Assembly (NCBI RefSeq): GCF_003704095.1
Contig: NW_020846166.1
Coordinates: 124,001-188,000, forward strand
Length of the DNA: 64,000 bases
Direction: 5' to 3'
Origin: Pocillopora damicornis
Taxonomy: Eukaryota
Position numbers and translations under genes: made by a program. This document shows, piece after piece, positions 40,870 to 54,600 of this stretch (its first letter is position 1; the number at the start of each line of letters is the position of its first letter). Below the pieces are notes generated by a model. That model made no database searches, was not told where the DNA came from, and saw only the letters and a program-made list of their open reading frames with translations.

Positions 40870-41175
40870 TTGTTGGCACGGTGTTATTAAAGTAGAGGGA
40901 ATGATCCGCAACTTTTTGAGATTATTCAAGTAGCATGAAATAAACTAATTTCAGAAGATTAAAAAGTTTGGTTCACCCATCGTGGCGTTAAACTTTAAGA
41001 TACTTGTTTCTCAGATGAAGAATGTTTGTCAGCACGGCGTTATCGAAGCAAATAGAAAATGTTTTTTGCAGTTCTTTTAAATATGTTAAGAACGAGAAAA
41101 TAAATCAATTTCAGAAGATAGAAAATGTTTAAGCTCACCCACCGTGGTGTTAAACCTTAGGACTTTAGTTTCTCA
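40870..41175. repeat. Diverged tandem duplication, two units of about 150 bp, between subunits B and C
   Basis: Both units read gcacgg.gttat..aag...aaataaa..aatttcagaagat...tcaccca.cgtgg.gttaaac.tta.ga...gtttctca. Confidence 0.8.
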
Positions 41176-44100
41176 ACGATTTCCATTGCTACTGAAGCAA
41201 TCATTGTTGGTTTCGAACAAACTGGCATGAAATCCATGTATTCATGAAAATTCTCTCGAAAAATTTCTCATTTGTTTAGACGTTGATCGAGCTCAGAGTT
41301 TTACTCGAACAATGCACAAAATTAAACGACGCAGCACCATGTGGCTAAAGAGTCTCACGTCATTGTACACACAACGAAACCAAATATATATCAACGTAAT
41401 CACATGCAAATGAGGTTCGCACACAAAGTCAAGTTTAGTCGGTGCGATCAGGCCTAAATTCTTCAACCAAAAAGATTGATATTACTCTCTTTAAAATTTA
41501 AGGAGGTATTTTTCATTAGTTCTCACAAATAAATGTAACAATTTTGCTTACATATGAAGTCAGTTAGGAAGTAAGTCCGTTTTTGAAGAAAAAGAAACGG
41601 CGCGGAAATCAATTTTAAGATAATTTATTGTTTTCCACACTTTTTCAGTACATAATTTCTGATTAAAAACTGCAGAATAATTTACAACCTAATTTATATA
41701 GAGGAGAAGAAACATTTTCATGTTTTCTTGAATCACTCTGACATTGTGAAAATTGTCAATCGAGTTTAGGTTTTTTTTCCAAATATAAAAATAATATTGT
41801 TAAATTTTCAATGCCCTCAACAGTCTTTGTTTCAGTTCAAACCTTACGGCAGTCTACCAGTTCTTAATTGTTATAGATCACATCTTAGCCAAACTGCAAT
41901 TCAGAAACAGGAGACATGCAGAAAATACGTCGTTTGATTTTGCATAGTCGTGTCTCTTATAGACTGAAATTTCGGGTTAATCAGAAAAATGAAATGAAAA
42001 CCAATTACATAATAAGCCAAAACAATTTAAATTTTAGAGCAATTATTTTGCAGGTCATATATTACAAAATTCCTGGTATTTTGAGACTAATCAGCCGAAT
42101 CATATCAAAAATAAACAACTTTCTGAAATTCAAAAAAAAAAAAGGAAAAAAATAAAAACTTAAAGGAAGTTCAGAGTGAGGAATTTGTAAATATTTCTGG
42201 TATTAACAGTACTTTTATGCATTTTGTGTTCAGCTACGTAAGAAATGGTTTGTTGCCTAGCGACGCTTTTTTAGTGTTTTATTTCCAAAAACATGTAGAT
42301 TTGGAAGTCCATTTTTTCAACCTCTGTGTTATCACCAAATATGTATTTTATAGTTTATATTCTTATCATGCATCAAAATTTTTTTGTCCAAATATTCCTT
42401 GGAAAGGTACCTTCCAAAGTCAAATAAACGATTTTCACATCAACGACGTAGATAATCGATCTTAAGAAAACGCCAGAAATCATTTTTGTTATTAGCAATC
42501 ATCTAGCTTGTAAATCATGTTTTAGATAATAATCAATTTATCTCGCTAATAAAAGTATGCCATAACAAACTGTTTTGAATTTTCAGCTTACCTTCGGAGA
42601 ATTTGAATTGAGCTACATGTAGAGGTCGGCTGTACTTAAAATTTAAAGACGAATGCAAAAAAAAATTTGGTTTCTTTGGTTACTACTCATAATTTTTGGT
42701 CAGGTTCATTTGGTGACCAGTAGATATTGAACACTAATTTTTTATGACCCTGTGTCGGACAACAAGTGTTAAGTATTATCAATCATTTAATGGTCACGGT
42801 ACCAAAAGAGGTCATTCTGCTCTAAAATATACTATTAAGAGAGAAGTTTTTGTTGAAGAAGCTGTTTTAATTTGTTTGCGAAGAAGAGAATGCATATTAA
42901 ATTGCTTGTAAAAACAATTTCTAAATTTCAACTTTTTTTTGCGGTTTTGTGCTTGTTTTCAACGCACCTGATAAAGGGTTATGTCGAATGAGTTATCTGA
43001 TCATTGTGCAGGCGTTCTTTATCGTTAGCGTTCAAAGACTTATCTCTGCAAAGGTGAGTGATTCAATCACTCCTTTCACTGACTCCCATCCTGAAGTGAT
43101 CTCTTTTTTAGTGCTGTGAGCAATGGACCAATCCAAGCTAATCACGGCAAGATTTGAACTTTGGTTAAATATTTACAGCGATGAAATATTTCTTTTTAAA
43201 CCGAAACAAAACCACTAAAGGAGATAATTTTTCAAATAGTTTGTTTACGTTTAAGTAGAGTGCCTTTAGATCTGCGACAAGATGCTGACGTCGTTTAGCC
43301 GATGGAAAACCTGTAAATTTATCGCCTCTTGCTGTGTGTCAAATTAAACCGTATAGCACCTCATTCAATATTTAGTAATACAGAATGCGTTTTAATTTCT
43401 TTGGGTCATCATGAAGTAAGTATTTGACACCTTATTTCTTCACTTTACTTGCTCGAGAGAACAACATTTAGTAAGATCACTGTCCTTTTTAAAGTAACTT
43501 TATGTGGCACTTCTTATTCATCGGGGGTCCGACAACAGATGTAAGTTATCTTCACTTGTACATTATATTTATTTCAAGGTCTTAAATTCATAAAAAACCA
43601 TAATATCAACTTGACACTCTAACATCAAAAACTTCACTATTTTGGTTTTTAATATAAGCAATCAATTTTGTACGAAACTCTTGGACCAAATTCTTTATTA
43701 AATGATGTCAATGATATGCTCAGACTGAGAATTTGATCGAGCGGAATTTTCTGAATCGATCTAACACGTGACAGGTGGTCTGATTTCAAAAGCTTTTTGT
43801 TTGTTGAGATCTGTTTTTAAACTCCGAGATCTGAATGCGGATAATCAGAGTAACAATAATGAATAACGAGACAAAAGATCGGTCATAATCAACTGGCCTT
43901 GTCGTGTGTGTATTACCAGCGTGAGACAGTAGCCTTAGCTTTGAACAAACCGAAGTGTTCTTTCTTCCACGTTTGTGTTTTTACCTCTGAACCATTTTTT
44001 TAAACCTTTGTATTAGAAGGTGGAAATCTGAAGAAGAGGTACATGTTTTAGGGTAGAGTAAGTGGGGATGGAAATTTATAATCCCCTTTCATAAGCGTTT

Positions 44101-47100
44101 CCAGAATTTTTGTTGACTTGACGTGTGTTTTCTTCTCTTAGGGACGACAGTGCATCGTACTCAACAAGATTCCTTTGATCAGACGAGACATTGAGCCTTT
44201 AGGGAAACACAGGTATATTAAAATATCACTTTTTTCAGTTTTTCTCGTGAAGTAATAAAATAATTTTCTTTTCCATGAAGCTAGCCATGTGAGACAAAAA
44301 CAAAGTTTTAAGCGGTTTCTTTATCCTTAATTTCTAATCAATTAAATTACATTTTCAAAAAAAGCAAAACAGCGCAGTAAATAACCATTTGGATAATTCC
44401 GAATTTGTTGAAGTAGTGGAACCAGTAAGGAAGAAGATATCATTTTTGCACTTACTATTGTATAGAAAAAACAAAATATCTTAGCACACTTTACGAGGAA
44501 GCTTTTCCTGTGTGCGATTACCTCATCGTTGAAAAGTGAACGAGAGAAGGTGAAGTATTTGATTACCTCCGGTTCATGGTGATCACATCAACTTGCGTTT
44601 TGTTAGAACAAACCTCAATCCGTGATTTGAGACATTTAGGGGTAGTGACAATTCTGTACAGTATTGGATCAAGCTTAAGCACTATGGCGCCTCAATTAAT
44701 TAACATAAAGGACTTTAGATTTGGAATTATTTTCAACTTTTGAGTCTAGCCGTCGGATAACTTAACATGTTTGTCGTGCTTGTGTTTGATAGACCCTCAA
44801 AAAGTTGTGGGTGGGTCGACTCGTTTGAAACATCTGCCTTAGGAGATCTTAGCCAAATTCTTCATGGGGGTAACAGATGAAACTTTATCGACCACGGACC
44901 AGGAATTGATTTGAAGTTAATAGAAGTGATAATTCAGGAACAATTGATTTTTGTAAAAGCTTTCAAATTTATTGCAAATTATCTTAGGACCAACAAACCA
45001 TACGCAGAAAGAAAATTTAAACTTTTGACCTTTTAAAGATAGGTGAGAGATCACGTTCAACAACACTTTACAGGATTAGGAAAAATATAAACCAGGACAA
45101 TTTATGAAAATCTCTCAACTGAACATACATTTAATTACGATGTAAACCAAGTTAGAAGAATTTTATGAATTTAGCACGAACAATTTCAATTTCAGAAGCC
45201 TAACGAATAGTTTCTTATTTTCCATCGCGAGTAATTTATGCAACTCATTTCAAAAGGATTTTTTTTTATCTTCAAGGCCACTATTTGCTACACAGTCACC
45301 TTTGACCACTTTATTGGTATAATTTTTGAGTGGCTATCTTATTGTAGTCTGTCGCAAAAATGTTGGGAAAAATCAAAAAAGTTGTTTTCAGAACTTTTCA
45401 TTCATGGGCTATAGAACCACGAGCACTTTAAATGGTTGAGTTTTGTTTCATTTTGGTACCTGTGCTGTTAAAGGACTAATGTTACAAAAATGATGAAGTG
45501 TCTTTTTTCAGTTTTCTTAGCTAAGAGAGAGTCTGCCTTGCTCCTAAATTTAGATTCAGAAGTGCATTGGGTCACAAAACAGCTTCAGTTTTTAAAAATT
45601 ATCTTGCAAAGTAATTGATTAAAAAAGATTGATGGCTGTCGTCGTCCACCCCCATTTTTAAAAATAATTTTCTTGCCTTCGTCGAAGCGTAGCCAACTTT
45701 CCCTTAGAGGAAAGATAGCGACCTTCCAACCACGCAAATGTTTCATATAAAAGATAACAACCTAACCAATCCGATTTTTGGATATTTTAGATTTAACCAA
45801 GTCTAAAGTTTCGAAAATTTTTGCGGTATTCTTTGTACTTACTGAATCGATCATAACGCAGTAGCTCTAGATTTTACTTAACTACAAAATTTAACAAATA
45901 TACGTGGCTAGTTAGGCAAGAATGAGTTAGGAGCAAAGTAAAGTAAAAACTAGAATACCAGGTGTTAGAAGTAAAGCCAAACTTTATAGGCAGTTAGAAA
46001 CAATTACACAGCAATCTACGAGTTATGACTTTTGCAAAGATTTGAACTTGCTAGGTAAAAAAATTCCACATCATCTTTTCAATTTAAAAACTTAGAATTA
46101 AAGCAGTCAAAACAATTAATTATTCTTTGATTTTCATCCACTGCAAAATGTTATTTTTGTGTGGTTTCTGTGGCCGTTGCACAAACTTTCTTCTTTCTTT
46201 ATCTCTACTTATGGACATTATTTACTGGCTCTGCTGTATCCAATCATACTCTCAAGTCAGTTGAACCTTAAAAAAGGGAGATGCTTACAGCTTTCACAAA
46301 CACGCTGATATCGACTCAGAACAAGGAGTGGTTAATATTTTGCTTTGTAATAAGGGAGACAAAAAATTAACTGTGTTTCTCCCTGGTTGAGTTTTGAACT
46401 GAGAATTTTATTTCTTATTTAACTTCTAAATAAATTAAAAATGTCGCATCGAAGAAAAATTAATGCGAAAAAAAAATGGAAAAAAATTCATGTGATCAGA
46501 TAAGAATTCCTCATAAAAGAGTACTTGACATCAAAAACTATGTTTACTTACTATTTCTCACCTGAATTTAGAGTGCAAGATCTTCCTCTTACGTATTCTT
46601 CAAGACGTCAAACCGTTGCTCAAAAAGGAAGCTCTAACTTTGTTGTTGTTCTGAATCCAGCTGGCTATTTTTTTTTGGCACAGCCGTTGTTGTACGGTAA
46701 CATACATTCAACCTAGGACCACAATACCGCAACTCACTCGCAAAACGTAAACTTAAGACATTCCGCTTCAGTCTCTGTTGCAGAAGGGTAAAGGTGAACT
46801 TGGATTGTTATTCGGCCGTCGGCCACAGTATAACTGTAAAGTGTAACGAGGAAGTTTTAAGAATTAAACCAGAGATAATTTTCGACTTATCTTAATGGAA
46901 TCTACTCAGAAAGTTGCGATGAAACGATATTGATTTACATCTTCGCTCAGGTCTCAAACCTTTCAGACGGTATGCGGTTTTCACCAAGTAGATGACGGTT
47001 ATATCAGATCAGAAAAACATTTTCGTAAAATATCCATCAAACCAACTGGGATATTTAGTTAGAGGCCTTATGTTGTCGGGTTCTGGTTATACGGCTTAAT

Positions 47101-50100
47101 TTTCATATTTTTTGTCAAAGTTTCCCTTGCTCTCAATAGGGGAGCCCCTTTTTTGGTCATCATACGATAATAGTCTCTGCATGCCGTCTTGTTTGGTGGT
47201 TTCATTTAATTCACAAATCGTTTCTAACATCCCAGAGCGGTAAATTATTTATTTTCCAAAATATCCTTGTGGAACAATGTTCTAATTTCGCGTTGAAATC
47301 AGAGCATCACGCAGTTTAAAATCTGAACCTTGATTCTAATCAACCAAGAGGGTCAAGTCTATCCTTAAAATATCCATCAAACCGATTGCAACCGGATGTT
47401 TCGTCGACACGTTGTACATTTAATATTGAAGTACACGTCTAAATGTTTTGATTCGCCGTTCGTACTGATTAGAAGTAACTTAATTTTACCGAGAATAGAT
47501 GCAAAAGAAAATTTTGTTGTACTGTGGGGCGAGAGAGTATTTTGGAAAGATTACACGCTTATCAGTTTCAAAATTGACGCATCTCCTAGAGTCTCTGTAT
47601 AACTTTATCACTCATATTAGTCATTATTGCAATGCTAGAAAAACTCCTTATAAATTTAGTTGCGGAAATATCCTTTAATTCTCTCTTACTAAAAGTATTT
47701 CATAGGAATTATCATCCCTAATAAAAACCTTCCAGTTTATTCTAAGAAGCCGTCCGCAACGACGTGAGAGCTCTTAATTTATGCTAATTCTTCACCGCGA
47801 AAGTTTCGGCCGCTGTCCAAGTCGTATAATTAACGGTGTGCTCGAACACTCTCTGTAGTTTCCGTAAACTCAAAGCTGTTTGTAATGCGCGTAGTTAAAT
47901 GCAACAATGATACTACATGAAAACTGTCAATTTCAGATCGCCTAAGGGTTGAATCTAATTGATGTAATTTCAAGAAATGCTTTTCGCATAAAAATCAGCG
48001 TCTACACGCAAACTCGCAGCATTGGTGAGTATTGTTTGATATCTTTTGTGGTATTTGTAGAGAAACATTCTTTATTCTATTTAATCCACGAAATCAATAT
48101 CACAATAACATGGAACATTTTGTAAATGCAAGTCAGAGTTTATGCTTGGTTTTAAGTCAGTCGTCATAAGGTAGATGTGCCGTTTGAAATTGCTTTTACT
48201 GGGTTTTTTCTAAGCCTTTTTCACTTCAGTGTACCTAATTATGTAGTTAGGGTAGAGCTCTACTGTCGCGTTGGATTAGGATAACGTGACTAAACAACTC
48301 TTCGGGAATAGTGTCGTTAAGCTTCTTTACTTAAATGTTTATCCAAATAAAGCTAGACTATCCTCGTAGCAGTTTGCATTTTGTGCAGTGTATTCGAATT
48401 CACCTAACGTGATTAATATTTTAAAACAATTCAAAAGGCTTTTAAAAGAAAGTCACTCGTGCCGTGTTGTTGTTATGCTTGGGAAGACCAGTCTTCATGA
48501 AGTAATCTATTCTTGAGTATTCGACAGATCTTCTCCTATAGAATCTAAGTTATTCTTTTACGATTTCTCATGCAAGAGAGAGCTTTTGTTGCTAGCTCAT
48601 GGAAATAACATTTTGCTCTCGAAACAAGAATTAAAGTAAAGCTTTAGGCGATATTATTCCTAACTCGAGCTGCTATGGAAAAGGTTGTGTTTGCTGAGAA
48701 TTTAGTCCACATAAATAATGCACATTTTAAAGCGGATGTGACTGAACGGTTATTTGGTGAAGCAGTTACGAATAAGAATAGGAAGTAGCTGACAAAAAAG
48801 GATTCCCTTGTGGCAAACAGCCTTCCATTGTCTCTTTCTGCCAGATACCTTGAGTCTATCATTAATTTTTGTAAAGAATTCCACAGGGTTCCTAATCCCA
48901 CCTGCCAAAAGAAATGTTCAGTTTTTGTCATATAATATCGGTTTGAAATGATGAAATATAATTTTCTCTGCCTTAACGACAGGTTGCATTTAATGTGTTT
49001 TTGAAAAAGGTTGGTTAAAATTAGGTAATGGTACTTCTTTAAGAAATACACTTCTGTGCTTGTCTGGTGTATTTTACTATGATAATTGCAAAAATAACGT
49101 AATTTGTTTGGTAAAATTCTAGAATCATTCTTCAAATAACAAACATCATCTTTTTTGCTGCTACTCTACCGGTTTTCGGAAATCACCATGCATTACAGTC
49201 CGTGCAGCTCTGGTTGATTGGAAATCTTTTAGGAAGTGTCGCCAACAAAGAAAAAAAAAATTAGCCAATTGAGGACCACCTTACTGCTGGTCGCATACAT
49301 GTTAAAATGGGAAAACAATGTTTAATTTCCAAAAGCCCTTTCTGTAGAGAGGTTGGGTAGTAGCATTATAAAAGTATCAAACGATCTTGCATCTTGAAAA
49401 CAGTTATAATTCAAACAACACATGGCGCTCTCGTTTGCCATTTCCAACTTGAGATTGCGAATTTGCTTATGATTTGAGTGTTTACAACGGATGTTTAGGA
49501 GGTAACATTTGTTTTGCCGCACTAAACCCTTCTAACTGCCATAATGTCTGCGGTTAAGGCCTTACATGTTTACAAGCACTGATAACTCAATTTTCTGGTA
49601 CGATTTTAATTTTTGTTGTTTATAAAATGAGGTTATTTTAAGATTTCGTTGATGTAAGAAATGTTTGGAAAGAACTTAGTAGATACAAGGCTTGAATTAT
49701 CTAATGAAAGTTCGAAAGCCGGAACTCTCTGTAGTGAAGATGGTTTAAATCTTTAAAAAAAGCTTCATGTCCAAGGCAAACTGCCGAATTTTATCAGTCT
49801 TGTATGAGTAGAACGGATTGTAAAGCAGTCAAATAATGTAATTCCCCTGTAACTTGGATCTTGTATTGTTTTTCGATCACACTGCCAGAAACCCTTTTGT
49901 TTACTCAGATTTGTTAGGAAGATCAGGTTTATTGTGATACCTATATTGTAAATAAAGACCCAACTAGCTTAATAAATAATACCATATGGCATAGGAATAT
50001 AAGGGTGTTCTACCCAAACCTCTCTGAGCGGCAGGCCAAAGAAAAGCAAAATAATGCTTAAGCTGCGAGAACCGATTTGTATTTTGACTGTTTCACGTGT

Positions 50101-51600
50101 TTGCGTGCTGGAGCCTACTTTACAAACCACTGAATATATCATAGTTATAACTGGACTTTCCAATTGCCTTGTAGAATCGATTTGAATTTTATTTATCGAT
50201 TTCGAGTCATTTTCTTTTGAGGAATAAAAGCAACTTCGTTTAAGATGTAGTTTAACGTCATTTGTGTTTTCTGGCAAAAACCCGTTTCTTTAACTACAAA
50301 AGACGATTGGGTAAAACTGCCTCAACAATTGCTTGAAAACAATTCCGGATGCCTAGAAGACTCGGTATTAAATTTACTGTGTTGAAAAAGCAGATATCCA
50401 TTGATCCCAACGAATACGAATGAAATGATTTGCAGTCTTATTTAATATAATAGAGAAATGATCACAATGTTAAGAAAGAAAACACTTCCAAGATGTGTTT
50501 CTTAGACCATTAACATTTTACGGAAACCTCTGCGAATCAAGACTCGACACGCTAAGCTGGTGAAAATTTAAAGCCTTTAGTTTAACCACCAAATTCATTA
50601 CATTGAAAAATTCATCAAGTCGTGGTAAGTTTAATTTTTCAGATTTGCAACCACAGCAAAGAAACCCAAATGCAAACTTGAACTCAAATATTGTATTTTG
50701 TCAACATATTCGTTTCACAAAACAGCTTAGCTTTAATCTGAAAAGACAAATCTCGTAAAAGATTCTTCCTTAGATTGGCTTTTTACCAGCAAAGCGATGT
50801 TTTAAAAGATCTTCGATCTGCGAGGAAATAAGTTTAAAACTGTATTGGTTCGCTTGCTATTTACTATACTGATTGAGGTAAATCGCTTAGCGCCTTAGGC
50901 GTTCGAAACAATGGTTGTGGTGGTGGAAGACACGATTTTCTATCTTCTCTTACGGTGAATAGGAATTACATCTCAATGATACATTACAGATATCGTAGTT
51001 ATACGCAGTTGGTAAAACGGCCCGTATTTTGTCGTCGTTCCCTACCGTCTAAGTTCGTCAAGGTTTACTGAAAACAGAAAATATGACTCAGGAGGATATT
51101 TGCATAATGTGGCAAACAGAAAAGAAGCCAAAACTATCTCGCTGTCGGTCAGACTGTGGTATCTTTCAAAACATTTGAATCATATGGCTTTGAATGCTAT
51201 TTTTCGACTAAACAGTATAAAAATTCTGTCCAGTGAGCATTTGGGCAATGTCTTTTGTTGACATTCTAGCTTTAAGAAACCTGGTTACCAAGAAGTATAC
51301 CGCGATATTTTTTTTGCAGTCTCTTAGTGGAATTGCTGTGATGATCCGCTGTGTGTGATGACAATTTTCTTTAACGTTTTGTTATCAAAGCAGGAGTAAT
51401 TTGCATTTAAGGGTTATCAACAATTTTGCCAATTATGCATGGGTGCTTTTCGCGGTCATCGTGTAAATAAATCGCCAATTGATTTGCGTAAGAAAAATAA
51501 GGTTTTTCTACCGTTTTTCCCTCTATTCTTTCTTAAAACATCCTCGTGTTATTTCTTTATGTTAACAGGTCTTTGAAGTCAGGACTTAACATCGACAAAC

Positions 51601-54600
51601 ATGAGGTTTCCGTCGACAATATTATTCTGGATGACTTTAGGAAACGCTATTTGGAGATTGGCTGAAGCAGAAGAAGAAAAGTAAGATATTATTTCATTCC
51701 GTTAAACTTTTCACACGAGCCCTTACGAAAAGTTATTTTCAAACAGTATTATGTGTAGGAAAATGTTCTGTGTTCCCTGCTGGTATATGATAAGAAAATA
51801 ACCGACTTATTCGGCCATACATACTTCGCCATTGGGGATAAGAAGGAAAACATAGAGTTATGATATTTCCTCATATCTGATCTGTAAGGAGTACGTTGAT
51901 TAGCTCTATTGTAAGTAATCACAACCAGTTCCTCTTTTTGCCGACCTCTGCCACAGTTTGCCTTCTCAAGTGCGATGATCTGTTCTTCGTAAATAATATA
52001 TGTTTGAACGGCATGCAGTATTGATCTTTTTCAAGCTGATATTGTTGTACAGAAAGCCACTAATATTAACCATAGCAAGTGAACAGCAATGCCAGTAAAG
52101 GGCAAGACAAATAAAAGTTTTAATGAAGATGAGTTCAAGCGGCTCGGAAAAAACCCTTTATTCTCCTCTCTCACATCGCAACAGGGAATCCAGGCCCTAC
52201 TTTAAATAAACGAGTTGCACTTAATAGGATAGGAAGTGCAGACGTTTTTAGACGCCGATGGCGATCAAAGTCCCCTTACAGCAATAATACGGGAAGTTCC
52301 TGTTTTTGCATTTAAAACGAAATAGCACAAACAAAAGATACCTGTCATGTCCCTGGAAAAGAAAATTTGAACTTCCTGTTACCCTTCTCCTCTCAAAAAC
52401 ATCGTCACAGAAATTCAGTTTCATAATATCCTGCCCACCTACGACTTCAGCCCGATGGCAATTCATATAAAAACGACCGATGCACTAATTAGATGCACCT
52501 GATGTCGGCAAAAGATCATTGTCGTGTGCTTACATATGCTGCCATTAAAACAAGATGAAATAGAATAAGTTAAAATCATGTAAAATGAAATAGTATAACA
52601 AAATCAGTTAAAAAAAAATGGAGTTGGCATCACCCTTAAAACTTATTTAGATCCAAGAACATTTTATCTCTGTCCTTAACTCTACTATGTGCTGTGATTT
52701 AATTTCAAATATGTTGTAAAATTTACCATCTGAATGAGCAAATTAATAATTTGATCGATAATTAGATAGATCCATGAATGATTAAAGGCAAAGTTTTTTA
52801 AGGAGCCTTTATTCTTTGTCAAGGGCTCTTATGAGAAATAAATGAATTAAATGATTTTCCGACCTGTTGATGCAACCACAGGCGTCCCAAGCTCACGTGG
52901 TGATGCTACCAAATGAGGCATTGATCCTCAAAGGTAAACTTCATTTGACGGAATTACCGAAGAGAAAACGAAGCTTGAAAAAACTGTGGCCTCGATGGAA
53001 CACCAATAACGTTTACCTTGTCATCATTATGTGTCCAGGTGTTCGAAACACATCTAAGCATGAATTTACTTCAGACTTTTCTTTATGTAATTTCGTAATT
53101 GCATTGCCCCTGAAGGGAAAACTTTTTAATTCATTATTTTTACATTTACATATTGAAAGTGACCTCGAGGAGCAACGCATGTTTATGATTTTTTCGCGTT
53201 TTCCATGATAGGTCCCTTAAATATTATGAAAAGTCGATGGAAGAGGCCTTACAGCTTGCCAACAAGATAAATGCTGCTTTAGCTGTGCATGACAAGAAGG
53301 TTCGACCAAACGCTGGAGGTAAGAAGATAAATCAGGAGACATGTTAATCTTTAAACGAAAATCACTGATAAAATAGATAAGAAAAAAAAAACCCTTCAAA
53401 CTAGACAGAAGTCGGGGATGCTTCCATAGGCTGTAGTGATTTTTTCCTCCAATCCCGATAAGGGAATGGATGAGCTTATTGATTCAGATGAATAACTCTT
53501 AAATTGTAAGACATAGTAACCGATGTTTCTCCATTATACTCTACTGCACACTAAGACTTTCACTGAGCCACATGGACTAATTCTCTCTCTCAGGTCCTCC
53601 TGTAATGGTTGATGTAGAATTCAAGATCATTTCGATTGGTGAGATTAAAGAGGCTAGCATGGTAAGAGATAAATCTACTATAGGATGGAAAGGTTTTTGA
53701 TATCAAAAGAGTGAATTAAGAATTTAGAATATGTAAATTGACGAATAAATTATTTTATCCCCTCTGAAAGGAATACACAATGGATATCTTCTTTCGTCAA
53801 TGGTGGGTTGATCCAAGGCTGGCGCACAATTTCAGCACTCCTTTCAACATGGCAGGGGACGCTACCAAGTTGATTTGGACACCAGATACATTTTTTTGGA
53901 ATGTAAAAGCTGCCAAATACCACAAAGTAACAAGGGAGAACATGAGAATCAAAATCCACGGCGATGGAAAAGTGTATTTCAGTACGAGGTAAGACTAAGT
54001 TCCGGGCTCAAACAAGTTTCCCAAGAAGGTTATTGGTTTTTTAATATTTCAGTGCTAAAGCTGGTTTTCCTTGTTTTGAATGCAGGATTACCTTTACGGC
54101 TCAGTGTGATATGAATCTTCGCTTGTATCCAATGGATATTCAAGTTTGTCCATTGACCATTGAAAGCTGTGAGTAGGATGTTTCAATCTCTAACGACCAG
54201 GATGACTTCATCAGTTGCTTTTAATGAATTCTGATTCTCTTAAGAGAAGTGACTGCAATTAAGAACCCGATTGTTGAATAGATGTTGATACACCAATTGT
54301 TACTCACCTTTCACTATTCATCACTAGATGCACATACCACAGCTGATGTTGATTATCGATGGAAAGGAGGAAAGTCACAGGGTGTTGAAATCGTCTCTAA
54401 AGAAATGGCCCAGTTTGAGTTTGTTGGTGCGAAAACCTCAACCAAAGCAAACACCAATAGTAAAGGTAAGATAGGAAAAGCTAAATATTTTGCGAAATAT
54501 CGTTGAACCATGAAAATAATCCACATGAAAATTAACATTCTTGGCTTTACGATGAAACTGAGTATTTTGATTTTAGCAGTGATATTTTTTGTTCAAAGAC

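Noticed and set aside
48644-49135. 163-aa minus-strand ORF in the B-C interval
   Set aside because: AT-rich composition, non-ATG start, no recognisable motif and no supporting exon structure.
54170-54215. Minus-strand CTGATGA...GAAAC resembling a hammerhead
   Set aside because: Weak stem II, no credible helix I or III, and it abuts a splice donor. Most likely chance.
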